A stretch of DNA of 63,272 nt, filler included, from Sphacelaria rigidula (GCA_964200075.2; 6 parts of 6 records of this genome joined end to end with filler, not necessarily neighbours in it), one strand, 5' to 3'; numbered from the whole stretch's first letter, positions 23,638 through 38,000 are shown. Notes: a model not told the origin generated them from the letters alone. Program-made: numbers and translations.

Positions 23638-23886
23638 CCCCTTCGTTCATATCACACACCGGCCGCTTTGACCACTATGTTCGTTTCTAGTAGTATTGCT
23701 CGGAATCAGCTCACTCCGTGATGATCTTGACGCCAAGTGGAGAGCATCGTGTCTGGAGGCGGCCTCTCGGAAAAGGAGTCTGATGCGCCCAGTAAGCTGC
23801 AGATTTGACCCTCCAGAATGCCGTCGAATGCCGTCGGATTCCGCCTCTCCGCCTCCCACCCCCGCCCCGCTCGAAATCCGACAAGA

Positions 23887-26800
23887 TCAGGGCAAAAGCG
23901 GAGAACTTCGCGTTACAAACGTGATAACGTACATGGGGTATGCTTGCCAATCCTTGTACGTCACCTGCGAAATGTTTTATCGAGCACCGGGCAACAAGCA
24001 AGCAGCGCACAAAAAGATTCAGGCAGCGTCGATAAAAAAAAATCGGGGGGGCATAACAAAAACGAACATGTACAGAGTATGAGGGAAGTTAAACACGCTA
24101 AGACGTTGAGGGGATTGTGAGGGAACGACCAAAAAAGCCAGCGTGATGATCGCCCGGGGTTATTTTTCTCCACAAATCGCTAATAGTTGGAGTCGTGCAC
24201 ACACGCGATGTAAGCCAGGAGGTGTCGACCACTTGAGGCTTGGGGCTCGCCCACGAGAACTCCGACCACGTTTGGAGGTTAGCCATTGTATGCTTCACGG
24301 ATATCACGAAAAATCTGACGGTTACCTCCGAGAAGTGGCACAACCTTCCTTCCACAGAGAGATTATTGGTTCCGACGTGAATGGCCAAATACCAGAAACA
24401 TTACTTCACTCCTCGACAGCCCCAGTACCACAAGTACAACAACACCGATTTCACTCAGTGTTCTTAGCTTTGGTGTGCGGAGGGGCAACGGTTCCGAATA
24501 GAAAAGCCATCGATTTCCACAGAGAACTTCTCCGTGAGTTTGCATACTCTGCGTTCTGGTCCCTCACTACTTATCTTGTCCCCCCCAACGACTGTACGAC
24601 TTTCTCGTAGCCTGTTCAACTTCCGAGGACTTCTCTTGCTGTCGCATTGATCGGGGCCGGGAACTCGAACCCGGGACCTCCTGCTCAAGATGCATACCGA
24701 GCCATCTCTCGGTGTCGTCAATGTTAAAACAGGGTGAGTCCTCGATAGAAACTTGCGGGAAGTTTCCATTTTATGTGGTAGAATCCATACACACATATAT
24801 ATACATAAACAACACACTGTATGCATAGAATTTTTCACGTTTCGCGATACTCACAACTTTCATTTTATGCGATACTCACAAAATACATCCTATTTATTAT
24901 GTGGGGGGAAAAAACGCATTTTTCGCATCATCGATGTGAATTGGTCGTGTAATAGCGTCAGTAAGTACCAAGGCGCTCAACACGCCCACACACATGCGTC
25001 CGGGTATTATCTCTCCCGCACAGTTCCGGGAACGTTCTGCTTGAACGGATGTTGCGTCGCCGGGGATCTCCCTTCACCAGAGAATTGCCATCCTCCGAGC
25101 AGTAGTCAGCTATCTTGCTAGCGCTTCGCTTCTCCCCACGTGGCCACAATACTCGCTAGGACATAAACCTTACACATAACTTGTTGTCGCTGCTTCATTT
25201 CTTCTTTCCTCTCTGTGACTGTTGCTTCTGTCGTTTTCCGTTTCGTCCCTTCTTTTTTTCTCATTCTGTTTTTCTTTGCTGCTCCTGACCACGGGCTGGA
25301 TTGTTGCAATCAGCTAATGCGAGATAATAAACCAAATCAATCAATCAATAACACGCTGCGGAAAATGCTCCGGTACGGATTAGGTCCCCCTGAAGCAAAT
25401 AAATCCCATGTTCAAACGTGACCCAAGATAGGCCAAGTTATGAATACTCAGGGCCTTCTACTCTTTGCAGTCGATGGATAGCCCAGGCACCCCTCTAAAA
25501 CACTCAATATTTCCGGCAGTCGACATCCCAGATGTCCTGGAATACTCAAGACATTTTCAAAATAATAATAGGGCACGGGCAAAAACAAGTAGAAAACATA
25601 ATTCTTTCGACACCTCCACCAGTGCAAAAAGTAAAGAAGGCTACACGTTTAGCCCGCCCGCGCCCATTTTTTAGATAATATCCTGGAGGTTACCCTGGAA
25701 CTGGAGCAAGGGATCTTTTTAGCTTGCCAATTTTTGCAGATTATTTTTTCTACTTTTTCCCCCCGAAAGAAAATATTACTTTCCCGACTCCTCCGGGGAA
25801 AAAAATGCCGAAAAATATTCCGGTGCCAGACTTCGGGAATCTGTAGTCTCTCTGTCTTAAATCGATATCTTGCCTGAACTGATCAAGAAACCTGCTCTCA
25901 TATTCTTCGGAGAAAGATGTCGGAAATTTCGAGGGGGGGAGGGGGGAGGGGGGATTACTACTTAATATGTTCATGAAGATGATAGAAAACATGCGTATAC
26001 AGTAGCACTATCTTCCGTACTTACGTATATTTTCGGAGCGTTGGCTCTGTCCGTGGTCGAGTCAAACGTGCGCTCCCCCGCGGACCAAAGCTTCGGGGGC
26101 CTCATCATGTCCACCGAACCGGGGCAGTGCTCGCCTACGAGCACCTTCGCCATGAGCATCTGGTCAGCAAAGGCCGCGAAGCAGAGATATTATTGTATAC
26201 CTCGACGTGTGAATTTAATTTCACATGAATATATATATATATATACTACACCGTGGACATTAGTTGCAATAAAAAAACATGTATTGCGTGTAAGTATAGC
26301 CTATTGCAAATGTACTGCGTATAGTATAGCCCTCTGGTGCCAAATGTCGGTGCGACAATAGTTGCACTAGGCTATACTTTACGCAGTACATTTTTCTATT
26401 GCAACTATTGATCACATCTTGTCCACGGTGTGATATACATACCTTCGAAGTACGGATTGAACTGGTACAAAATAAAATGAGTTAAGGTGAAGAGACAACG
26501 CCCGCATCCGGCAGCAAGTACCGGAAGGTAACGTCCGACTATATGAATTCCATCGACCGTTGATTGGCGTCTTGAACTCAAAAATATAAGCACACGCACA
26601 CACGCACGCACTGCTGAGTAATTCCACAGCGTGTTTGTACATCATCTAAAGGTACAATACGGCAAGAACATATGCCTGACTAACTAGTAATACTGGGTAC
26701 CATCACATACACTTTGATAACTATACACACGAACTGTAGAGGGACATGTGATGATTCATTACCTGGTATCGGCAAAAAAGGAAGGACTTTTCATACCCCT

Positions 26801-29800
26801 GTTTCCCGGGGAAAAAGAAGCAAAAATATTAATAAGTACCGTATCCTGCCAAGGTTCGGCCCGAAGCGTACTGATTATCTTGCACATGGATGGCAGCCTC
26901 GATTAAGTTGCTTCATTTTCTGGTGGCATCACTTCCAGACACAGCCATGGCTTATACACTACCGCACGGGTGTCTCACCACTTGAAATACTACGTGCTAC
27001 GACTTTCCCCTTTTTGCGGAGTTGGGGTTCTCCGACCCGCACAGTATGATCCAACCCGACCACCATCATGGTGACCGCAAAAAAATCACAAGCGCGCAAA
27101 ACACACCGGTAACCTGGCTGACTAGCTTAACAAGTCGGTGGCGTGTTTTACAGTGTCATTGCCCACCGTCCCCAACCCTTATTCAGGATTATGTAGCCCA
27201 CCCAGGGGCAATGAGTTTCCGGCTACTTTCGATCCATATGGACACTTGCAGTACCTTTAAGGGGTGCGTTGTATACCACCCCCTTCCTAGAGATCGCATC
27301 CGTGTGATGAGTCGTCAGCCATTGTATCGCATAAATTCTACTTCTATGTACCTGGCAGCCACTATCTTTGTCCATGTAGCGGGCGGCATAGGAAGCATCC
27401 CTCGCGAAATAGCAGCCTCGTCCGTATGCCTAGTTTTGGGAAAACACAACGACCAGTACAGTATAGCACCGAGTGCAACGACGATAGCAAAAGGGAGCAG
27501 TGGTGACGACACTGACGCGACTCGCTGTATTTTTACCATTTGATTATTATTTTCGTTGTAACAAACAATAAACAATAAACAACAAGCAACAAGCAACGAG
27601 CAACAAGCAACGCAGCGACAACGTAGTGACACTTTGTCGAATTTTCAAAGCTACGCCGCCGAATGCGGGAGGCTCACCGCTCCGTTGGACAACCCCGCAA
27701 GACGCCTGTCGAACCCCGTTCTACAGATCTGGTTAATGGCTTCCGAGCTCGCCCCGTGGAACAGCATATTCTCATTTCCGATGGACTGTCATGTATTGTG
27801 AGAAAAATATGAGGCAAAGTAGCACTATTGGAAAAGCAAAGTAAAACACGGGAACCAAGAAGAAACAGCATCACGTACTCCTCGAAGTGCATGGGTGCGG
27901 TTGCGTCAACACCTGGCCATCTTCATGTAAACACGCACTACTCTCTGTCATGTACCCCGAACGAAATACTCTGTCCAATATAGATCATATACACTGTTGG
28001 AGCAATGCTACGATAGGGGTTGCACTTTTGTTTCTGGGTCTTTTTTTTGTAGGAGCCCAAATATATGAGACTTACTGTGCAACCCAAACCTCCGGGGTTC
28101 GGACATGGGGATGCACGTCAGGGCATTTTCGTGAATCGGCATTATTTTCAGACTTTTTCAAGTAAAAATGATGCCGATTCTCAAAATGACCCGTCCAACA
28201 CCCTGAGACACGTTTTTCCGACAAAAATGCAACCCCTACCGTAACATCACTCGTTGATTTTTGGATTGTCGCACATCAGCTGATCCCAAAGGGACTCAGC
28301 CATGATTGCAGACATAGATAGACCCAAGGACAAGAAGAAAACGGAACGGAAACAATCGCTCAAAGAAAAAAAGGGACGATGACAAGGAAAGCAAAAACAC
28401 AAAAGACACGAGAAAAAAACACGAGGAGTGAACTTATAACGCAAAAAAAAAAAATGACTGACGGAAAGGAAAAAGAAAAAAATAACGAGGGGAGAAAAAC
28501 CGGCCCCGATGAAGAAGAACAACGAAATAAAAGTATAATATAATAGAAATGGCCGTGCGCACAGAACACATCCGCACACACCCATACACGAAACGAAAAA
28601 AAAAAAAAAGGACCGGCGAAGCAGATTGCGACTCAGCTACTTCGGAACCACACTTTATTAGCCTGAGATCTCCAAACCCTGGACAGTAGGATACACAGTC
28701 CAAAAGTGTACGGCGTACAGTATCGACTATTGCGCCTATTGCAACAGACAATAGATTTCATACTGTACGCAGTACATTTTTTGACAGTAGAATCTATCGT
28801 CCAGGGTATAGAGATCTCACTCACGAGCCCTACGGGTTGAAGGCACAAACAACACTGCTACCGCACATCACTGAAACTTGGAGAAATAGAGAGAGAGGGA
28901 GCAGAGACAAAAAAAAAAAAAGCGATGAAGCCCAAGGGCAAAGTAGAACATGTCATAGAGGACCACAACCAAGAACGCCGCAAGTACAAGCCAAAAAATA
29001 AGTCAACAACCTACGAGGCAAAACAGGGGTACATCAATTTCCCTGTCAAACCCAGCTTCCCCCACCCGTCCCTTGTCGGGCACGAATCGGGCCACTCTCT
29101 CCACCATTTTCCATCCAGGATTCCTCGCGAGCGCTTGCTGTTGTTGTGTCAGCGGTGACGGCTCTCGACGGAACAGCTCCTCGCTTGTGGCGTTTAATAG
29201 TGCAAGACTACTACTTGTCGACAAACAGAAGCCTACACTGGAGAATGGCCCACTCAGGAACCTCTCACCTTGCAATTTTGGGCGTAGTGGCCCCACAAAA
29301 AGGAATTCCAGACGTGCTCCACTTTCGTAATCTTCCTCATGTAGCTCTGACCCACGGCCCTTTTCACGGTGATCTCTTCTTCCTATCGTCATGATCCATA
29401 ACATACACGCACAAAGAAAAACGAAAAACGCGAGAAAAGCAGACAAACGCAAAAACAAAAACAAAGTATATATTCAGGAGTATCATGCGTGAAAAACGAA
29501 ATAAAAAATAAAAGGAGAAAAATATGGCACCATGACCAGCGGAAGAAAGAGCCGAAGAGGAAAAAAAAAAGCACAAACATGACCACATTGGAGTACGGCG
29601 GTCAGCATCATTTCCCTCGGCGCGAATAAAGTCAACTTAAAACATAATTGTTCCGTCCACAAGAGGGCACAGCAGTGACCAAAAAAGCCGCAAAAGTTGT
29701 GAAAAAATAGGCACGTGAAGCGGATTCAAACTCACGGCCGTCTGTCCAAAAAGCGTACAGATCCAAAGAGTTTCACTAGTGTGAACAGGTGATGACCTCG

Positions 29801-29848
29801 ACAGTGATGCTTGGGACCAGGCTTTTCTATCGTCTGCTTTCTCCACGT
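23887..29848 (-). CDS. PARP-family ADP-ribosyltransferase catalytic domain, mono-ART type (H-Y-I); 5' part unresolved
   Basis: Exons 29848-29759, 29382-29269, 27785-27678, 27429-27352, 26159-26025 and 23964-23887, all GT-AG and in frame, give TW...FTLVKLFGSEEEITV...KITKVEHVWNSFLWGHY...NENMLFHGASSEAINQICRTGFDRRLAGLSNGAAYGRGCYFARDASYA...MLMAKVLVG...RPP...FDSTTDRANAPKIYVTYKDWQAYPMYVITF...LP*. A probable further exon ends at 30119 (...RNFPQ). Confidence 0.93.
25285..25348 (+). mobile_element. LINE/SINE 3' end with (TCAA)n tail; multi-copy family
   Basis: GACCACGG...ATCAGCT.ATG...(TCAA)n; related ends at ~28250-28320 (-), ~32430-32480 (+), ~52936-52988 (+), ~53495-53565 (-) and ~54068-54135 (+). 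Confidence 0.65.
26248..26431. mobile_element. MITE in a PARP intron
   Basis: Terminal inverted repeats ACACCGTGGACA / TGTCCACGGTGT plus internal inverted blocks; sits beside a (TA)n run (Tc1/mariner-like, inferred). Confidence 0.75.
28676..28807. mobile_element. Related MITE in a PARP intron
   Basis: ACCCTGGAC...GTCCAGGGT termini; shares TACGCAGTACATTTTT with the 26248 element. Confidence 0.7.
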
Positions 29849-31518
29849 CTTTTATTTGATTGGTTTCTGTGTTACTTCACTTTGTATTGGTGGTCTCAGA
29901 AGAAGCCGCTCAACAATGAGCGCTTCTATCTCACGTAAGGAGTAGTATAGTGACGGTACTGGAAAGGAGAGCCCACCTCCATGCATGGAATGTAGAGACT
30001 GGCATGCATACTTTCTGCTATGTTGGGCTGGTTCAAGGTACAGGTTAGTTCTGGTGGACTACCTCACCTTCGCAGCTGTGGTGCGAAGTACACCCCGCTG
30101 CTTGTGTTTCACACTCACTTGCGGGAAATTGCGTCGAAACGGGTTAGCACTGCATTCTCTCCGTACGAACAACGGAATCCGCTTCAACAGAGTTTACGTC
30201 TTTCCAGAGCCCCGCAGTCAAGCTCGCTCACTAACACACCCTTAAACGGCCAAGAACCATCAAGGGATAAAAAAAAAAAACGAGAACCAAATACACGAGA
30301 AGAACGAAGTAGGTGGGTGTATATTTTTCCACCTTCGACAACACGATGAATCCGGCTCTCAAGGGGTCCTCGGTGATTCCGAGACGTGGATGATGACTAT
30401 CAACACATCGTCATTTTCACTGGATACTATAGATTACGGAGTATACCCCACCCACCCGAGGCGATAGGCGATCCGACCTCGGTTTCCTCGGAAATATCGG
30501 CAACCTAAGACGCCGGAAGACGCCCGCTGTAAATATACATTCGTCAAACTTCATATATGGTATTCACTCAATCGGGATTTTTTTGCACAGACGATGTGTC
30601 GCCTTCACTCGAGAGTTCGAGGGTCGGCAGACGTTGGGGGAGAAAGCAGGCGGTGCTCAGGGCACATACCCTTATTTTTTCCAAGTTTTTTCGTAGTTGG
30701 AACCGTACGGAGTAAAACCCCGTGTATCGAGGGGGTGTTATTCACCGTATATGCCCGTAAAACACGTTTTTTTTTGTTTTGGGGTGTAACGCAATGAATA
30801 TCGAGCAAAATAGAAAAACTGGAGGCATGACAATTTCTCGCTACAACGATCCAAATCGGTTCGGTTGAGCGAAAATATCGAAGAGCAAGAATCAGGGACT
30901 GTGCTCTCGTGGAACCCCTCAAGACTTCTCAGCCCGTATCTCGTTCAAAATTGGTCGTAGATTACATTATTTTTCTCGAAACGTGTGTTGGATACTCATG
31001 TTACTTGATTCCCAAAGTTTGGAATTACACAGAAACCATGATTAGTAGTAGTGGTGGCAGAAAAAATCGGTTTCAATCGAAATTGTCGCTGTCAAACTTT
31101 GACTACCGTACTACGAAGTACATATGGAAATCGTTCGAGACGTTTCAAGGTTTTTTTTTTACGGGGTTATTAACGGCCGTGCGAGGCGCTGCTCTTATGA
31201 ACATATCAAGCCTGGCTTTCTAAACGCCCCTGATGATATATATAGAATATACTCCGTGATTGCCTCAGTACACACAAAACAATAGCAACCCTACCTCTGC
31301 ATAATAATCTTACAAAGGTGTGTTGGGTAAAATATTCCCTGAATTTTGGTATTTTTCGAAATCGAACTCCAAGTACCTGAAACTCGAATATTTGAGATCG
31401 CACTCAACAATTACCAGATATTGAGGAGAGTATTGCGATCGTACCTAACAATACCCAATATTTGGGTAGAGCTTCAAAATCGGACCATCGCAACACAAAA
31501 ATCAGAAGAGTAAATACT

Positions 31519-31592
31519 GCGCCCTGGTGGTGTAATGGTCCGACTGTCGCCATTAGGGTGGAGAGAACGGGGGTTCGATTCTCGATGCGTTG
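31519..31592 (+). other. tRNA-like head (A and B box) at the contig end; SINE or pseudo-tRNA
   Basis: TGGTGTAATGG and GGTTCGATTC at tRNA spacing, but the acceptor stem does not pair. Confidence 0.5.
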
Positions 31593-31692
31593 NNNNNNNN
31601 NNNNNNNNNNNNNNNNNNNNNNNNNNNNNNNNNNNNTTAATTAATTAANNNNNNNNNNNNNNNNNNNNNNNNNNNNNNNNNNNNNNNNNNNN
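31593..31692. other. Artificial contig spacer
   Basis: N44-TTAATTAATTAA-N44. Confidence 0.98.
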
Positions 31693-32016
31693 GAAAGCAC
31701 TGTTTTAGGCTTGAGCCTCATCTCGAAGTTAAACCTCAATTCTCACAATTTGTTGTTAATTGCCATTCGGGCACTATTGTTTGGTGCATATGATGGTCGT
31801 GCTGTGTTTCTTGTCCACTCTGTTATTTCCACATACGTGGAGTCTTCTGCTCATCTGTGGAGCGAATGACTGCAAGTGTCCAGGATGTGTCAAATTTCAA
31901 CACCAGCATTCAGCGACTTTCTCCTCCCTTCCCCCTAAACGGCATGTAAGCAGTCATTCCCTTCCGCAACAATTATGAAAAACGCTCATGACGAACGTGC
32001 CCCTCGGCCTTTCTAG

Positions 32017-35000
32017 CCGCCTGCCCCAACCCCTGACGCCAAGCCTGAGGAGAACCGTGCACCTCGCCCTATTTCCTCACCTCACCTTTTGTATGATCAC
32101 GTTGAAGCCATTGATGAGAGCTTGTTGCGGGGTGGCACACTCCCGTACCTGTCGCCAACCGCGATTGCTGGGATGGAAGCCGGAACATTCACGCTATCCG
32201 TGGAAGTCGACAAATACGCCGTCGGGTTGGTCATGCTCCAGCTGATCGCGGGATCGGCATTACCAGCAACTCTCGTGAGTGTAAGGCAATGTCGGCTCCT
32301 TTGGTTTTTTACATTGAACACTTGGACCTCGAACCTAAAATGTGGGCTGGATGTCCTGCGTTTAGGACATGAGAGTTGCAACATCCATACAGCTACCGTC
32401 CGGCGCTACAGACAAAATTTCTGCTAGGTAACGTCCTGGTACGGAGATCAATTTATGTGCGACAATCAAGCAATCGATCAAGTAGTCGATGGTCTACAGT
32501 ATGGTACGATTTCACGCGGCACCTGGGTCACCTGGTATGTTGTCGTTGATTTCCTGTACCTGTGCCGCCGGGTCGCACCACGGTGGTGTTACTGGTACAA
32601 GTGAAAGCAATAAAGTTGTAAGAATACGGTGTCAGTTCAATTTGATTTTTTTCCGAGAAGTACCTGATTTCCGCTGTTGAAAGCGCGGGGACATGAGTTT
32701 CATATAGCACAGAAAGCTAATTCGACGAGAGTCAACGCGATGCAAGAACAAGTGCTGATTCAATCGGCGATACCAAAATGTAATGAAAGGTAAGGTAAGG
32801 TGTGTACCGGGTGGGAGATGGATTGACCCCTCGAGACACACCACGGACTCGTTCCGAGGAACGGAACGGGTTGAAAGTGTGACGGGATAGAAAAGGCAAT
32901 AATTGAGCGGCCAAACATCAAATATCCAATATGCAATGTTTTTAATTGGTCGGTGTACACTACAGGCAACACGCGCAAAGATGGATTGCTACTAGCTCTG
33001 GACAGGCAATCCAGTTTTACTATTATCACGTTCAACCTTTAGTCTAGCTACACAGTACACCCACTTTTTCTGGCCGCTACCCGCCGCGACGGAATATACC
33101 GTACAGTCGAGCTTATCGATACCATACAGAATTCCCAGCAGTACCGTAGTGCACACGGCGCATGATTTCATGTGAACAGATCCAATGTCTACAAGCAGTA
33201 TGCTCATTCGTCCCGGTGGTGCTCGGTGACCATTGCGGTTGGCAGTTTCGTGGGCGTGTGATCGTATCATATGTAGCGAGGGGGTGTTTCGGGCCATTTC
33301 TTGCACGGAGGAGTCACTTTGGACAGTCGGTGCAACGAAGTCGATTTCAATCAATCTGAATGCTCTCCGTATCGATCAACATGACACATACCCACTCGCA
33401 CCGCCCGGCAACGCTTTCAACCGTATACAGACGCACGACGAGTATATGTGATGTCATGTAGCATACCGGTTAGCCCTGTTGGTTGGTGTCATGACTCTCC
33501 CCTCGTGCGCTCCCCCTTTACGGTAGGATCACTCCAACGCTGCAATGCCACGAAGGAATGGGGCAGTCAACGTTACCATTTTAGCCTAGTTGTGATGAAC
33601 AGCGATCGGTACTCATCTTACGACAAAGGCCATGGCAGTATTACCCACCCACCCTGGCCAAAGCGCTACCCGTAGCAAGGGTGCGGTGTTCGGCTGTCAC
33701 CTAACAGCGGGGACCTGTGGGACATCAATCTCGAGAGACCACAACAAACGGTCGGAAGCAAGCAATCAGTGACAGACCCGTGTACGCCCGAGAGATTCGA
33801 AGTAGGCGAAACGTTCTCGCAGGATCTTTATATTATTGCACTTGCTTGCGTCTCGAAAGAAGAAGGTAGAAGATTCTCCCGTGAATAGCAGTTTTCAGTT
33901 TGTTGTTGTGCCACCCCCTGAAGTCCGAATGGCCACCTGCGGCACCGGATCTTCTGAGGTTAGCCATATGTACTCCCTTTCTTCTTCATTATGTATTCCT
34001 GTTTTGCTTGTATCGTGTTTTGTGAGTTTTAATCTGGGTCTATTTTGTTTTTGCTAGCCTGTGGCCACGGAAGGCGTCCGCATCAGATGCCCAGTACGAA
34101 TGTACCGCGCAGATATCGGAACGGTTTTCAATGTGAAGACAACAACAACTACAACAACTACAACAGTTTGTGTTGGAAGATAGATCATTTATGCTCAGAG
34201 TATTTCCCTGCCGCCCGCCCGCCCGCCTCACGTGTGCTCCGTCGGTGATTGCGTCGATTGCAGGACCTCCCTCTGGTAAGAGCATTCCTCCTTCGTGAGG
34301 GCGCGGCCTGCCGCTCTGTGTGTCACTCTGCAGTGGGACAATCCAGACTGCATGATGTACGAAAGTAGGCTACTCATCACATCAGAAGACGGGAAACCCC
34401 GGAAAGCACCATGTAGAGATATGTGGGGTAAACGATGATCGATATCATATGTGGTGTTCCTACGTGCAGAGCGTCTGATTCACGGTATGTATGTGCGACG
34501 CATCAGTATAGCGTTTGAGGAATTGCCTGCATTGTGTGTGCAAGAAAGGAAGGATATACCCCAATGGTCCCCGAACGCGCCGCCTTTCCGGCAAGTGCCT
34601 CATAGGCATTGGGCTATACTTGCAGCCTGTGATGCGACGCGTGCGGCTAGACTTGGTAGTCGATAGGCACTGCGGTCATCGAGATGCTCTCTTGTAGCGT
34701 ACAACACCCGAGGAAACACGCGGAACTGTCCGTTCGTCAATTAAGCGCACATGAGCTTTGATATGTCGTCTGTACGAGACGTTTGCAAGCCTAGCCGGCG
34801 ATTATGGATAGGAATATGCTAGCTAATGCATGTTGTCCAGTTTTCCCCCCAAGCAATTCTACATCACTATTTGTTCCCTTCATGAATTGAAAGCAAGGGG
34901 CTTCGTGTTTTGTGGTCCTAGCTAGATGTGTTTTTTGTTCAAATTTTCGAACTTTTTCCGATTGTCCCAGCTCGTCTGTTCATCCGTCACAGAGCCTGCA

Positions 35001-38000
35001 AACGAGATTTCTCCTTAACAAGACACAGTGAACCATAGAGTAGTTGTTGTCAGGAACGTCCCCCTAGACACAGACCAGCTTCAAACTCTTCAATACCAAA
35101 ACAAGACTAGGACGAACACCCTCCTCGATCGAGCACTGCGATAATCCTTACCATCACTGCCATACCATTTACTCGCAACCCCTTTTCTTCTCTGTCGATG
35201 CCCGGATTCTTGTAGGACGCGGAGAAGATGAAGAAAAGCAAGGAAAACCCCGACAAGCTGGTGGAGAAGCAACTGCCCAGGGATCTCTTCTGCTACCAAG
35301 ACAAGGTGAGCGGCCAATAGTAGTATCGGCCGCAGACATTTCCAATCAGATCTCCATTCTAACCACGTGCAGCTGGAGCGCCAATTGCAATGTGTTTATT
35401 TAGGCATTTGTTGTCGTAGGCGTTGACACGCTATGTCGCACCCTTGGGTCGAACTCCTAACGGAAGTTTCGGCTACACGGCACGCGAAAGAGCTATACAG
35501 GTAGCCAGAGCTGAAATCGAACATTGCTGAATCTCAAGCGCATTACGATCAAATGTGAGGGTCGAGATGTGTCCCCACGTTGCCTCTAAACTAGTTTCAC
35601 GAGGCTCGGGATAGAATATAGCACAAACGACAAACAAAGTTATATCTCAGCATACAAGCTTGCAACCCCCAAGTCGCAATTTTGGCTCGCCGGCAGCGTT
35701 TCTGGTACAGTGTCGAAGAAAACCATGAGCACAAAGGTGGCTATTCCCGGGTCAAATATCCGTAAGCCTTCCAGACTTATCCAATTCTTACCGACATGCT
35801 GCCGCCAACCGTCTACCGTAGAGTGGTCCGAGTGATTGATAGGGGATAGATGCTCACTTGCTTCCAGCACAAATCATGGAACCATAACCCGTCCCATAAT
35901 CCTACGCCGAAACCCACTTGGGGTGCCCGACCCCAGCCCGTAGTTCACATCGCCTTATGAAACTTCCACGTCCGGCCCCCATTCTGTCGTGGAACTTGGT
36001 ACTACTTCCGAGTACTCGACTCCTTGTGTCATAGCCCACCCCACTGTCTCAGAATATACTGAAAACACGATAAAATTCAGACCCCGGTGTCGTTGTGTAA
36101 CCCACGACCTCTCCATAACATAAATCGAACGTGTCGACTTTCACTACTTTCAGCCAGATGTCGATATCTCGACGGGGGCGGGGAGGGGGGGAGGGGAATG
36201 CTTTTTTTTCGTCTAAACATTGTGCTTTGGCGGGGCAGAAGTTGTCGATTGGACATTAGCGGGAGGCAGATCGGACTATTGCGGGAAAAAGTGACCTCCA
36301 CCCATCGAAATTTTCCGGGAAATATTGAGTGTGATGACGTCATATTAGAGACGTCTTCTTTTCCTAAAAAAAAAAATGAACCACGGCATGAGTAACCAGA
36401 TTTTGATTTCACCGGGAACTGTCGACTTTGTGTATATCAACACCAGTAAAGAGTGTCCAGAAGGCTGAGTCCCGATCGAGAAATCCCAAGGATTTCCAAT
36501 CAGCATTCGACATAAGATAGTACTCGAGGCAAAATGACGGCATAGAGGTAAATGAGGGATAGGACTACACATGCAGATTGGCTCCCAATGCCTGATGGCA
36601 TCGAATTTGTAACTGCATTACCATTTTAATTGCGTTTGAGGGAGTTCCTGGGCTGAGCAAACAATGTATGCGAGCGAGCACTGTACGCATGGCAGGTTCC
36701 TGGAAAATGACAGCTTGTATGCGTGTTCTCGTCATTTTGCTGGGTATGATATGCGGTTTGTGTATTTTTCATCGTCGATTGTACGGTGCCCGTAGTAGGG
36801 CGATAATTGTGTCTTCGCTCCACACATACAGTTTCTTCTTCTCTCATGTATAACACAGTGTCCGTGGAGATCGGGCCATCCCATTCTGTCTCAGATCAGA
36901 GGCCATACATGTCACTATTTCCGCGGTGTTGACTGAAAGATGGACTACGAAAAAATCAGTTACGGCGCGAAAAGATGGCACACGCCTTACGTACTCTTGA
37001 GGGAAACACTGTACTCTGTACAAATGTATTTAGTACGACGATATCCGGAGACGGTGGAATAATCTGTCCTTTCTTGGCACTGGGCGATTGCAAGAAATGA
37101 GGTCTATGTTGATCGTGGGCCGATTGTAAATACCTACGTTGTTGTTACTCTGCCGAACTTTTTTCGGATTGCGAAGCCAGGCAAGGTATACCGCTTATTC
37201 GAGTAGGGCCTTCAGTGGTTGTCACTGGCGCATGGACATTTGTTTTTTCTTGTCACCCTTTTAACCCCTCCCCTCCCTCGGGACGAGTGCGTGGTCTCAA
37301 GGGATCAACCCATCTCTTCCCCGGTACACGCCTTGCATTTTGGCATCGCGGATTGGATCATGACTATCAATACTCCCGCACCACGTCGACTCTCGTCAAA
37401 CAACCCCAGTAGAGTAAAGTCTCGTCGCTACTAACGTCGTTACGGCTTTAACGACGGATGTTGAATCCTTCTGGCGGGAAACTGAATACGCGTTCTTTCC
37501 CCGATAATGGTGTCAGTTTTACCAATTCAATTTTGACTACCGGGGCGCAGCGGCTATTAATAGGTGTGAGCATCAAAGAGCATTGCTCTGTGTTCTAGGT
37601 CAAAAACGCAAAAATACTTGCACACGGTTTTCCAATCTGAACACCAAGCGACGATGTATGATCTCCACGAGCAATACTTGGCTCTCCCTGTATATACTGT
37701 TTGCCACGTGTCGTGTCATCTAGCTATAGCTCTATGCTGAAAATATTGTCATCAATGATATAGATTCTTCCTGGTATGATGTGTGAGTCCGCAGATACGA
37801 CAATAATTAATGAAAAACCAACTCTCGCTTTGGTATTTCTTTTGCCTAAGCGCCCTGAGAGAGCGCGCGCGATAGTTGCCTGAGCACTGTTCAAACATGT
37901 GACGAAGTGCGTCAGGACGGACGGGTCATGATCCAACATGCACATCGGTGTATATCCGACGAATGAGTGACCGTCATCGAACTTGAGCATCGTGCATTTA

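Noticed and set aside
24645..24705. tRNA gene on the minus strand
   Set aside because: Only a T-arm/B-box (GGTCCCGGGTTCGAGTTCCCGG) is present; no D-arm or acceptor stem.
31519..31592. Functional tRNA gene
   Set aside because: A and B boxes are present but the cloverleaf does not close, and the sequence is cut by the contig end.
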